Virus record (IMG/VR): IMGVR_UViG_3300020576_002828
Location: 3,017-67,016 of that record
DNA length: 64,000 nt
Strand: one strand, 5' to 3'
Source: a virus
Lineage: Duplodnaviria; Caudoviricetes
Under the pieces are notes generated by a model. That model saw nothing but the letters and a program-made list of their open reading frames with translations, ran no database searches and was not told the origin of the DNA. Position 1 is the first letter of the stretch, and every line of letters starts with the position of its first letter. A program made the translations under genes and the position numbers. Below are positions 53,531 through 62,626 of this stretch, piece after piece.

Positions 53531-54984
53531 AGACTTTTTGACAATGTGAAACGTTTCCGTGGCGTCCACTTTGAAAGTACCATGTTGATACCGTCAATGA
53601 ACTTTTGATTCATAGTATCTGCAGTAAATCCAGAATCGATTAGATATTCACGACCAAGTGCGCCACGTCGAGCACGTTCTTCTGCTGGCATGTCATACAC
53701 GGTTCGAAGAGCTACCGCCGCATCTTCCCACGAACAGCGATCATCAAAAATGTATGGAGTCGGTGGTGACCCAATTAATGCGCGTGAGACAGGAAACACT
53801 GGAATGACCCATTCACCATGATCTTTAAAACGACCATCGTGGTTTGATCCCCATTGTTCGTTATATTCACGATCTTCATGGATGTATTCACCGGCTTCAT
53901 TTTTAAAACCACATTGATCCTGCAATCCACCAGTGACATTCACAATGATCATCTTTTCCGCCATCAATGCTTCTGCCGTGCCCAATCCAAATCCTTCATT
54001 GGATGCTAAATTGATGACGACATCAGATGCTGCGTATAAATCGTTGATGGTTTGATTCGACACTCGATCTGTGGAAAACACTACCTTTAATTCCGGTGCA
54101 ACATCATTAATGAGACGAATAAGATCGGTACCATTATCATCAACTGGCTGTGTATGCATCAACAGACGCACCCGATCTTGTGCTGACTTGGGAAGCCCTA
54201 ATACAAGCTCACGAGCCGCCATAATTACATCACCGGTCATCTTTCGACGAATGTTGCGATTATTGTAAAAAATGACAAAATCTACATCTTCATTATTAAA
54301 CAGCTTTCCACGAATTTCTTGTACCCGCGCCAAATCTTCTACGGAAGTCGGCTTTTTGAATACATTCTGATTAATACCATGGGGAATATATTCAATTTGC
54401 CAGTCAGCGGGTGCATTTTTCTTCCATACCTGTCGTACGATATTATACGTCTGACGACTAATGTTGGCAATATAATCACATGAGCGATAATACGGCTCAT
54501 TGTACTTGGGAAACGGGAGATCATCCCACACGTGATAGAACATAATCGGCATTTTGGTACGGATTTCATGTTCCATCTCGTATAACCACGTCCAATATCG
54601 AGGATCGGTGAAATGTAGAATGGCATCCGGTCGTTCAATTTGAATCAACTGACGGAGGATATTCTGGTCACCATATCCATTATACGGATAGATGCGACAA
54701 TAGGCATCGCTAATTCCTATATCATTGCCTAATGACTCACTGGCGTCTACGATCTTACCGACTTCGGGATGGTTGAGTGCGGCACCAAGCTGAACCCAAT
54801 TGAATACATGGGCGGTACCTAGTACAATTTCTCGGCTCATATTTCCTACACCAGATGGAAGCCGCAAATCATCAGATAGGAGTAGGATTTTCTTACGATC
54901 TTCTCGACGAATATAACCGTTCTTTAGTGCTTTGGAGAACATCGATTTTACATCTAATTCTAATGGTGTAACATTTTGGGTCAT
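53527..54984 (-). CDS. GT4 glycosyltransferase
   Basis: SGVG, N.RRK, EGFGL..AEA, TGGL. Confidence 0.9.
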   Translation of the reverse strand: MTQNVTPLELDVKSMFSKALKNGYIRREDRKKILLLSDDLRLPSGVGNMSREIVLGTAHVFNWVQLGAALNHPEVGKIVDASESLGNDIGISDAYCRIYPYNGYGDQNILRQLIQIERPDAILHFTDPRYWTWLYEMEHEIRTKMPIMFYHVWDDLPFPKYNEPYYRSCDYIANISRQTYNIVRQVWKKNAPADWQIEYIPHGINQNVFKKPTSVEDLARVQEIRGKLFNNEDVDFVIFYNNRNIRRKMTGDVIMAARELVLGLPKSAQDRVRLLMHTQPVDDNGTDLIRLINDVAPELKVVFSTDRVSNQTINDLYAASDVVINLASNEGFGLGTAEALMAEKMIIVNVTGGLQDQCGFKNEAGEYIHEDREYNEQWGSNHDGRFKDHGEWVIPVFPVSRALIGSPPTPYIFDDRCSWEDAAVALRTVYDMPAEERARRGALGREYLIDSGFTADTMNQKFIDGINMVLSKWTPRKRFTLSKSL

Positions 54985-55001
54985 TTGATACTAACCTATT
55001 G

Positions 55002-55163
55002 TTAATGAGTGGAACCGGACATGTATGCATGAAACATTATTTCAACAAATTTCCCTATCTTCAATCCTCGTTGTTCAACATAGACCTTAATTTGCTGTTT
55101 AATTTCACTACTAATTTGTACCGATTCGTATTTCACTTTATTTTTTGGACGAATTGATGGCAT
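55002..55163 (-). CDS. ribbon-helix-helix-like small DNA-binding protein
   Basis: hand-translated YESVQISSEIKQQIKVYVEQRGLKIGKFVE. Confidence 0.6.
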   Translation of the reverse strand: MPSIRPKNKVKYESVQISSEIKQQIKVYVEQRGLKIGKFVEIMFHAYMSGSTH

Positions 55164-55216
55164 AATGCTTCTCTGTAAAGGTACAGCTATACATAGTAGA
55201 TTTTAGTAGATTTCTA

Positions 55217-55447
55217 CTATGTTTGGGACATATTTTCATATTCTTCTAATGTATATGGAAAAAACAATTTGCATATAGCCATGTGTTCTATGAAGTCTTT
55301 GTGCTGAAATATTGTCTGTGCTTCTTGCAATGATTCAGCCTCTACTACAACCGTCATATACGCACCAGCATCAATATCATTTTGTTGACGAAGTGTTCGA
55401 ATTTCCATGATAAGGTCAATAACCGATTTTGCCGGATCATATGACAT
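55217..55447 (-). CDS. hypothetical protein
   Basis: ORF. Confidence 0.65.
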   Translation of the reverse strand: MSYDPAKSVIDLIMEIRTLRQQNDIDAGAYMTVVVEAESLQEAQTIFQHKDFIEHMAICKLFFPYTLEEYENMSQT

Positions 55448-55458
55448 ACCGCTCTCAA

Positions 55459-56331
55459 TTATTCAACTCCGACTGCACACAATTCTTTACGAGTTCTATA
55501 CACGCAGAATTTACACGACGATTTAGATGGAGTTGGTGGAAAATTATCATGCCGTGGTGCACCATCAATGTCAAACGATGATTTAATGAAATGTTCGAAT
55601 TTTAAAGAAGCAGTTTTCACAACCGATGCTGGTGTTTTAATGGAGAAACGTTCTAGTCGTGGTGAATCGCTCTGTCTGGCAAGAATGATAAATTCGACGG
55701 CAATGTTTTTGAGTGGAACTTGAAATTGTTGTGCGAAGAAGTTTTTATAGAGAATGATTTGTTCTGATTTCGTGTCATCTTTCTTTTGCCATGACGACCA
55801 CCCTTTCTTGGAAGTCTTTAGATCGACAATCGTGTACAGTTCATCTTCGGCATTGTACAACAGAATATCAATAAATCCTGTAAAGGACGCGTGGTCATTT
55901 ATCGGAATATCCAATTCATATTCAATGGCCATCAGCGTTGTATTGTGTGTCGGAAAATAGGTATCGGCTTCAACGAATATATTGGATAAGATGATGCATC
56001 CTTCCTCAAAATATTGCTTCACCGTCTCTAAGTCACACACAAAAATCGGTTTCTTATCGTCATCATAGGTAACATTGTTTTGAAATTCTTTCTTCAATGC
56101 GTCCCTGAAAAATGTGGTCCACTGTTCTAAGGTGCCATTGCTTTGCTCCCCAGTAAGTGCATAACGCGACGATAGCCACGCTTGAATAGTTTCGTGTATA
56201 GCCGTTCCAAACACTGTATCAATGCTTGCGTCAAAAAATCGAATATTGTCAACATATTTAAGTTTCCATTGATGTGGACATTTTGACCACATTGAATATT
56301 GCGAGTAACTAATTTTTCGTGGGTCTGTCAT
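55459..56331 (-). CDS. PD-(D/E)XK (RecB-like) nuclease
   Basis: SYS...CP, G.IH, GFID, IVDLKT, Q..LY, C.FC..C. Confidence 0.9.
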   Translation of the reverse strand: MTDPRKISYSQYSMWSKCPHQWKLKYVDNIRFFDASIDTVFGTAIHETIQAWLSSRYALTGEQSNGTLEQWTTFFRDALKKEFQNNVTYDDDKKPIFVCDLETVKQYFEEGCIILSNIFVEADTYFPTHNTTLMAIEYELDIPINDHASFTGFIDILLYNAEDELYTIVDLKTSKKGWSSWQKKDDTKSEQIILYKNFFAQQFQVPLKNIAVEFIILARQSDSPRLERFSIKTPASVVKTASLKFEHFIKSSFDIDGAPRHDNFPPTPSKSSCKFCVYRTRKELCAVGVE

Positions 56332-56768
56332 TTGATTTTCTTGATGAATTTGTCATCGATACCTCGCCCTCGACAAATGCTACGGAGTTCATCTTTTCCC
56401 GCATCCGTTTTAAACAAAATATCTAAGTAAGTAGTAGCTTCAGATCGACTCACCAAATACTCTTGTGTGATAATGGATACCATCCACTCGTCATAACGCT
56501 CAGTTTTATCAGCCTTAACATATTTAGAGAATACTTTTCGACGAGGAAATACCGTCCGATATAGCGTATATACGTGCTTATCAGGAATAGATCCGTAATA
56601 CTTCTGCAGTTCATTCACCGTCAAAATGTAATCTTGGTTCATACTAATGAATCGATTAATCATATAAACATTAAACGTCTTTCTATCAGCATCCTCTAAG
56701 AGAGTGTAATAGTCAGACGTTTGATGCTGTAGGATATGATTAACATGCTCCCACACTGAAATGGCCAT
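56328..56768 (-). CDS. clamp loader small subunit (T4 gp62-like)
   Basis: F..YMINRF.S, KY.K; next to RFC and clamp. Confidence 0.75.
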   Translation of the reverse strand: MAISVWEHVNHILQHQTSDYYTLLEDADRKTFNVYMINRFISMNQDYILTVNELQKYYGSIPDKHVYTLYRTVFPRRKVFSKYVKADKTERYDEWMVSIITQEYLVSRSEATTYLDILFKTDAGKDELRSICRGRGIDDKFIKKIK

Positions 56769-56770
56769 CG

Positions 56771-57070
56771 TTAGGCCGGTGAGCCAAAGTTTTCAGGCTT
56801 ACGGTCAGGGGCTTCCATGGCTTGGAGAAGTTTAAGTGCCTTCACACAATCACCTAGTCGACATGATACCAAGTGATCTTCACCAACTACCTTAGCGACT
56901 TCCGCCTCAGCGACGGCAATACGGGCAAACGGCGCAAGTGCCTCTTGGAGCTTATCCAATCCCTTGACTAATACCGGGATTTGATAGGCGGATTCCGGAT
57001 CTCCCCCATTCGGGAAACTCTGACGGACACGTTTACGGGCTTCGGCAAGAATTGCAGCATTTCTAGACAT
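56771..57070 (-). CDS. hypothetical protein
   Basis: operonic ORF. Confidence 0.65.
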   Translation of the reverse strand: MSRNAAILAEARKRVRQSFPNGGDPESAYQIPVLVKGLDKLQEALAPFARIAVAEAEVAKVVGEDHLVSCRLGDCVKALKLLQAMEAPDRKPENFGSPA

Positions 57071-57073
57071 AGA

Positions 57074-57424
57074 TTATTCCTTTACAAGGGTGATTTTGTT
57101 GGAAGTTGTTTCCCGCCCATCTGTCTTTCTGAGAATGGCTGGAATAAACTCTTTGTTCACATTATTACACACGTTACACGCATACGTCGGAATCGGAATC
57201 ATACCCTCTTCTCCGGTTGGCGAGGCAATGCTTGAAATGTGTTTAATGAGAAATACTTGTGCAAATGTAGCATTACCACATTTTTCACAGCGGACATCCG
57301 TACTATTTTCCAAAATGACGGACGGATCAATGGGCGGGGCTTGAGGTGGACGACCACCGAATTTTGAAGACATAACTAGATTACGTAAGAGTTTGAAGAA
57401 GTTGGATAATAGTAGACATCGCAT
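57074..57424 (-). CDS. zinc-ribbon protein (start probably downstream)
   Basis: CEKCG and CNVCN. Confidence 0.75.
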   Translation of the reverse strand: MRCLLLSNFFKLLRNLVMSSKFGGRPPQAPPIDPSVILENSTDVRCEKCGNATFAQVFLIKHISSIASPTGEEGMIPIPTYACNVCNNVNKEFIPAILRKTDGRETTSNKITLVKE

Positions 57425-58313
57425 TGATTTCCTTGTCTACCACAGAGCTATCACGATACTGCCCTTCAGCAATAATTAGTATCAATTCAGGAACTTTGGC
57501 CTCATTTGTGGTCAATTGGTCGACCTTATCGTACAAGACTCTAAATATATCCGAAAAATCACGAATTTGTGCATTCGCTACCAATTGACGGATGGCGGTG
57601 AATACGTCTTTCCGATCCCGTGACGTGGCACTAGCCAACAATTTAATGATTTGATATTTGACATCATTTTCATTGATCTTCTTTTCATCCAACACCAACG
57701 CATTATCAACAGTATTTAGCTGTATTTCATTAATGACTTTACGAATATCGGGATAATAGGTTTCCACCATGAATTTCACATCGGCGGGCTTATACGTAAC
57801 TCCCTTATCTTTCAAGATATGTACCATGTGCACACATACATCCTTGACGGTCATCGGTTCAATGCGGAACGTCTGTACTCGACTGACAATGGCATCCGAA
57901 ATACGCTCAACATAATTAGCGGTTAGGATGAATCGGGTGGTGAGGCTATACTTCTCCATTAAATTACGGAGCGCATCCTGACCGGCCCGACTGAACCCAT
58001 CGAATTCGTCTAGTACAATAATTTTCAACGGATTTGACCCATGCGTAGAGGCAAATCCACGAATTTTACCACGCACGGTTTCAATGTTATTATCATCCGA
58101 GGCATTGAGAAACAACACGTCGGCATTGATGTGCGCCACGAGGATCTTAGCCAAGGTCGTCTTCCCAGTTCCCGGTGGTCCAATGAACAACACGTGCGGA
58201 AGATCCCCGTCAGCAATATATCGATTCATCTTGGTCTTAATGGCGTCATTTCCAATATACGTATCCATCGCAGTGGGACGATACTGCTCACACCATAGCA
58301 TATTTGTTCGCAT
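57381..58313 (-). CDS. clamp loader large subunit (RFC/gp44-like)
   Basis: W.E.YRP, GPPGTGKT, LNASD, LDE.D, SR. Confidence 0.93.
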   Translation of the reverse strand: MRTNMLWCEQYRPTAMDTYIGNDAIKTKMNRYIADGDLPHVLFIGPPGTGKTTLAKILVAHINADVLFLNASDDNNIETVRGKIRGFASTHGSNPLKIIVLDEFDGFSRAGQDALRNLMEKYSLTTRFILTANYVERISDAIVSRVQTFRIEPMTVKDVCVHMVHILKDKGVTYKPADVKFMVETYYPDIRKVINEIQLNTVDNALVLDEKKINENDVKYQIIKLLASATSRDRKDVFTAIRQLVANAQIRDFSDIFRVLYDKVDQLTTNEAKVPELILIIAEGQYRDSSVVDKEINAMSTIIQLLQTLT

Positions 58314-59050
58314 CAGTCTTCCTGTTTATTGATGATATAAGTCGCTTGCCACTCCGGAGTTTTATAGTGTACGCGTATAAACGGAGCAGCCCCATCGATC
58401 TGAACCACCTGTAGCACCCCAGTAGATCCTTTGTTGGCATTCAGGATGTCGTACAAATATTGGTTGAGAAAACTGGTGTGCGATAAGGGCTTCTGTATGG
58501 TCGCGTCAGGTGCAATGGTCACACGGTTGCTATTAGATCGCTGTTCATACCCGATAATAAGCTCCGTGGTAGAGCCGTCAGACCACACCGTAAACGTGGA
58601 TACGTCTCGTAGGGCACTCTTCCCCTTCAAGAATGCTGTCATGAACTCAGGCGTGATGGGAGCCGATACCATGACATCTGCTGCGTCAGGTTCTACATTG
58701 GCATTTCGAATCCGTTTGGCCATACGGTCATCACCCAACGCAAACGCAATCTTGTTCTTCTTATCGGTGATGTGCATGGATACCGGAACATTATTCAGTT
58801 CCTTGGTCGTGACGGTAATATCGGTGCCAAGTACATTGAGCAGTGATCGTAGTGTGCTCGTATCCGTGATGAAATATTCGCCGGATGGTAGATCTGCATT
58901 GTGCGTCTCAACATATCCAAAACAGCTTTCATCTGCCGTTGAAAATCGAACAATCAATGACGATCCCGTGGACTTCCATTTGGCTACTTCAACTTCCCCA
59001 GAGGGTAAATTATACTTCGCAATGAAGTCAGTTAATATATCAGTTTTCAT
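58313..59050 (-). CDS. DNA sliding clamp (gp45-like, tentative)
   Basis: 245 aa beta-rich ORF coupled to clamp loader. Confidence 0.65.
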   Translation of the reverse strand: MKTDILTDFIAKYNLPSGEVEVAKWKSTGSSLIVRFSTADESCFGYVETHNADLPSGEYFITDTSTLRSLLNVLGTDITVTTKELNNVPVSMHITDKKNKIAFALGDDRMAKRIRNANVEPDAADVMVSAPITPEFMTAFLKGKSALRDVSTFTVWSDGSTTELIIGYEQRSNSNRVTIAPDATIQKPLSHTSFLNQYLYDILNANKGSTGVLQVVQIDGAAPFIRVHYKTPEWQATYIINKQED

Positions 59051-59073
59051 AATATATACGTAAAAGAAAACAC

Positions 59074-59113
59074 AAATCCCCTATGCGATCAATATACATC
59101 GCATAGGGGATTT
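59074..59113. terminator. perfect 16-bp inverted repeat overlapping a TTGATA-N17-TATATT promoter (-)
   Basis: AAATCCCCTATGCGAT-N8-ATCGCATAGGGGATTT. Confidence 0.75.
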
Positions 59114-59129
59114 TATCAACGTGGTGGTA

Positions 59130-59495
59130 TTATGCGCGTCGGACCAATACGTCGTTCTGAGAGTATAAATCAACTAGCGCATCGACATCTACGTGCGGGT
59201 TGAAAATACGAACCCCCTTGTAGAGAAACTTTTCCGCAGCCTCATGCATCTCGGCGGCTTGAATCGCTTTCCATGCCGTCATGACCACTTCACTTTTCGT
59301 CATGTGCTTGGATAGTCGCCACTTTCGGCACTTCTGGATCACCTTCCCGAGTTCTGGGGCGTCTACATCCACGTCCCAGAACTGTACCTGAAGATATACA
59401 TCGGTGTCCCCGTTTCCACCCAATACGATGAACCAGTCTGGCTTATCGTATTTGATTTCCAACAGGATCTGCTGCATCTCGTCAAGGGTCATCAT
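59130..59495 (-). CDS. conserved phage hypothetical protein
   Basis: CRKW.LS.HMT.SEVV.TA.KA. Confidence 0.75.
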   Translation of the reverse strand: MMTLDEMQQILLEIKYDKPDWFIVLGGNGDTDVYLQVQFWDVDVDAPELGKVIQKCRKWRLSKHMTKSEVVMTAWKAIQAAEMHEAAEKFLYKGVRIFNPHVDVDALVDLYSQNDVLVRRA

Positions 59496-60928
59496 ACCTG
59501 TCTATTCCAGTCATCGATAGGAAGCTCGGCACGGGCACGGATTTCGGCTAGTGTGTGATTCGTAGGCAGTTGTAGCGGCTGTCCCGGCAACTTCTCATAC
59601 ACCACGTTCAACAGGTTGTGACCGATTTCTGTGGCTGGTACGGTGGTCAATACACCATCGTCTCCACGAATCAGCTTGAGACGACCGGCCTTGGACCACT
59701 TCGAAATATCGGTAACCGGTTCCTTCCGATAATCAACCCGACGACCGTTGATGATGGCACTCGACCCCTTAATGGCAAACTTATGGGTATCGCGATCCAT
59801 CTTCTGCAACAGTCCACCACCCGAACCAAAGGACACCATATCGGCTGACCATCCACGTACCATCAAAGCGTCATGAATACGCGTGATATCAACCGGTTCC
59901 GAGATACTGTCACCCTGAATCAATCGGGCACTGTTGATGACCTTGTAACCCTTCTCGTTCACCGTTGACCCAAACGTGGGTTCCAACTTTTCACACAACT
60001 GACGGATGATTTCATGTGGCACCCCAGAGTCCGGACGTAGAATCAACATACTCGTGGACCCGCGCACCACATTGAGAAGCTGTCGCCCAAAAATCTCTAC
60101 CGCTTCGAACGGATCATAGGAGTCGATCACGATGGCATATGCACCAGCACCACTATTACCGTACTGCTGGATCATATTCTTGTACGAGTTGTATTCACCG
60201 GATTTGAGCCATGGCAGCACGGTACCATGTTCCATTGCGGGAATACTGTTAGCGGCGCACGGTTCACCATAAATCTGTCGTGCAACCTTCAGTGCCGACA
60301 ATGTATCCGATGCAGAGAAATTGGCTAGGTGAGCAAACCCACCGATACCACCCGATTCGATACTCGACACGCCACGCATCCCAAAATCAACCAGTCGCTG
60401 ATGAATAGTACTGGGCGTGCCGCTCTTAATCAGACCCGCGAGAATCGCTTTCTTCATCTCGCGGCTGAGTGTTGCCACGGTAGACGGATACCACAACAGA
60501 GATTCCAACGTTTCCATAAATCCCGGTACCCACGGCAATTTTTCATCGGTGGATTCTGTATCCATGAAAACATTACGTGTGGGAATGGGCAACCCTTCCG
60601 GTGCAAAGCGAACTCGCATCGGCCAGTGTCCATCATGTTCGCGGACGATACGCAAGAAGCCGTCCATATTAAACATGGTGGCATCATTGAAGTATGGCGT
60701 GAGATAGGATTCCGCCTCTTCAATATGTTCCATCGTGATCTTACGTGCGAGATAAATATCCCGGTAGTATTGCATCCCTATCGGCATCACCTCCGCAGAT
60801 CGGCCACCACGCGGTTCCCAATACGTGTAAGTACTAGTGGTCCCTTCCGGCAGCAGAGGCCAGTGTGAATATTTGTAGCCGTCTGCCCACAGAATGGGGT
60901 TATCGAACAAAAAGTTAAATGCGACCAT
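59492..60928 (-). CDS. nadV: nicotinamide phosphoribosyltransferase
   Basis: D.YK.SH, DFG.RG, SIPA.EH, DSYD, RPDSG, QGD, GSGG.LLQ. Confidence 0.93.
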   Translation of the reverse strand: MVAFNFLFDNPILWADGYKYSHWPLLPEGTTSTYTYWEPRGGRSAEVMPIGMQYYRDIYLARKITMEHIEEAESYLTPYFNDATMFNMDGFLRIVREHDGHWPMRVRFAPEGLPIPTRNVFMDTESTDEKLPWVPGFMETLESLLWYPSTVATLSREMKKAILAGLIKSGTPSTIHQRLVDFGMRGVSSIESGGIGGFAHLANFSASDTLSALKVARQIYGEPCAANSIPAMEHGTVLPWLKSGEYNSYKNMIQQYGNSGAGAYAIVIDSYDPFEAVEIFGRQLLNVVRGSTSMLILRPDSGVPHEIIRQLCEKLEPTFGSTVNEKGYKVINSARLIQGDSISEPVDITRIHDALMVRGWSADMVSFGSGGGLLQKMDRDTHKFAIKGSSAIINGRRVDYRKEPVTDISKWSKAGRLKLIRGDDGVLTTVPATEIGHNLLNVVYEKLPGQPLQLPTNHTLAEIRARAELPIDDWNRQV

Positions 60929-60940
60929 GGTGATATCCTC

Positions 60941-61270
60941 TTATGTACACTTGGTATTACGTCTAGCGTAGATTAACGCGGACAGGAAATTGGTAGCTTC
61001 TTCTGGTGTCAGATTGGCTCGGCTGCACAACAATTCTGCCATCTGATAGTGGTAACGTCGGGACGATCCCTTTCTAAAATAATGGTTGGGGGTATTGTCA
61101 TACTCCCATCCACACCCATCCGTGTGATTATTGTGACAGAGCAATCCATGTAATTCATCTGCCAACACTATCATAGGTTGTGTGGTTTTTTCCCGAAGCT
61201 TAGATAATTCGGCTTCCAACTTCTCTTTTTCTGCGTTGAGTTGATCGATGCGCTCTTGAATGCTTGACAT
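60941..61270 (-). CDS. hypothetical protein
   Basis: coiled coil + CxxxHxxxC. Confidence 0.7.
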   Translation of the reverse strand: MSSIQERIDQLNAEKEKLEAELSKLREKTTQPMIVLADELHGLLCHNNHTDGCGWEYDNTPNHYFRKGSSRRYHYQMAELLCSRANLTPEEATNFLSALIYARRNTKCT

Positions 61271-61271
61271 G

Positions 61272-62198
61272 TTATCCTCTGGTCAATTTAGCGAGATAGT
61301 CAGCGAGCATCGTCACGAGGGGGACGTGTTCAGGAATGACGGGAACGTTGCGAATCAATTCCGATGTTGCGATCCATTCTACCGATGCAATATCGTCATC
61401 CGCTTGGGGGCGTCCGTAGAGATAGGTGGCAGCAAAGAACATGGTCTTGATCTTGTCTTTCTCGTTCTTATATCGCCAGTCGTTAATCAGCGTGCTACCG
61501 ATATACACCGGATCACTAATTTCAACGTGCGTCTCTTCCATCACTTCCCGACGTGCATCCGCTTCATATGTTCGACTGGTCGTTGACGCGAATCCACCAA
61601 TGAAACGTAGACCGCTGTCCGTGTGCTTCCGACCCATCAACACCTTGGTACGATCATCTGACAGGATCGCGATATCCACCGTGGGTAGTGCGCTGGTATA
61701 TCGGTTCATACTGGCAGCGATCATACCGGCACGAAATGCAGGGGATGACGGAAAGCTATTGGTAATCCGCCGCCGCATCTCCGTTCCAGAAATGAACTTG
61801 GTGGATTCCAGTTCTTGGGTGGCAAATTTCCCGCTATAATACTGTAGAAAACTGTCCCGGCTCCCATACAGCACACACGTCTGATAGGGTTTGAGCCACC
61901 GGTCGATCAGTGCATCCAGCGTCCGACTCCACACTTCATCGGAGGGATGATCTTCCACGTAATAGACTTCGATATCGGGATATTGCTCAAGAATCATCCG
62001 CTTCCGAGTATCAAAATCCAATGGATTGTTCAGGGTGTTCCGTAACGACGAAAGTCCAACAAAGATGATCACACGGTCATGTGCTGCCTTGACCGTATCA
62101 ATCAGTTCTCTATGGGCTTCATGGAGTTCGTGAACCTGCCATCTACCTACTAAAATACCCACGTCGGCCTTGACAGTGGGTTTCATGCTGCGTGTCAT
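61272..62198 (-). CDS. bifunctional NMN adenylyltransferase / Nudix hydrolase (NadM-Nudix)
   Basis: VGRWQ..H..H, NPL, SGT..R; Nudix GGF......E..ARREV.EET. Confidence 0.92.
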   Translation of the reverse strand: MTRSMKPTVKADVGILVGRWQVHELHEAHRELIDTVKAAHDRVIIFVGLSSLRNTLNNPLDFDTRKRMILEQYPDIEVYYVEDHPSDEVWSRTLDALIDRWLKPYQTCVLYGSRDSFLQYYSGKFATQELESTKFISGTEMRRRITNSFPSSPAFRAGMIAASMNRYTSALPTVDIAILSDDRTKVLMGRKHTDSGLRFIGGFASTTSRTYEADARREVMEETHVEISDPVYIGSTLINDWRYKNEKDKIKTMFFAATYLYGRPQADDDIASVEWIATSELIRNVPVIPEHVPLVTMLADYLAKLTRG

Positions 62199-62240
62199 AT
62201 AGAGCCTCTTATCTGTATCAGAGTGATTGTCGTCCTGCGA

Positions 62241-62281
62241 GGGTAAGACTACTCAGCCGAAGCCATCTTTCATCTTACCCC
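62241..62281 (-). other. structured 5' leader of NAD operon
   Basis: GGGTAAGA/TCTTACCC stem enclosing a C-TTCG-G hairpin at predicted TSS. Confidence 0.5.
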
Positions 62282-62288
62282 TATACAT

Positions 62289-62317
62289 ATCATACATCAG
62301 TTAGAAACGGATGTCAA
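62289..62317 (-). promoter_or_regulatory. promoter TTGACA-N17-TATGAT
   Basis: read directly. Confidence 0.7.
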
Positions 62318-62425
62318 GGGTCACATTGGTCTTAGTCATCGTTTCTATGTCTCGCTGCATCTCCAACCATATTCTATCAGGATGGGCCATGAGGTCGACA
62401 CCCTTCCATGCATTAGCCGGTAACG

Positions 62426-62626
62426 TCATGTATCGGTACCTAATAGATACGTCAGCAGATTACCCCGTCCGACGATCTTTCCGGTGGCATCCTTCGTCAC
62501 ATCGGTCTTGGCATCATATCGTCCCAATTCCGTGCCACGCTTATTACGTAGGATATGTGAATCCCCGTTCGTATACACGCTACCGACTTCTACCCCGTCA
62601 TTGTTCCGTAATATTTTTACACTCAT
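62426..62626 (-). CDS. small beta-rich hypothetical protein
   Basis: ORF with repeated G..G..Y/D pattern. Confidence 0.7.
   Translation of the reverse strand: MSVKILRNNDGVEVGSVYTNGDSHILRNKRGTELGRYDAKTDVTKDATGKIVGRGNLLTYLLGTDT

Noticed and set aside
55459-56331. Cas4 of a CRISPR system
   Set aside because: Generic RecB-like nuclease in a replication block with no cas context
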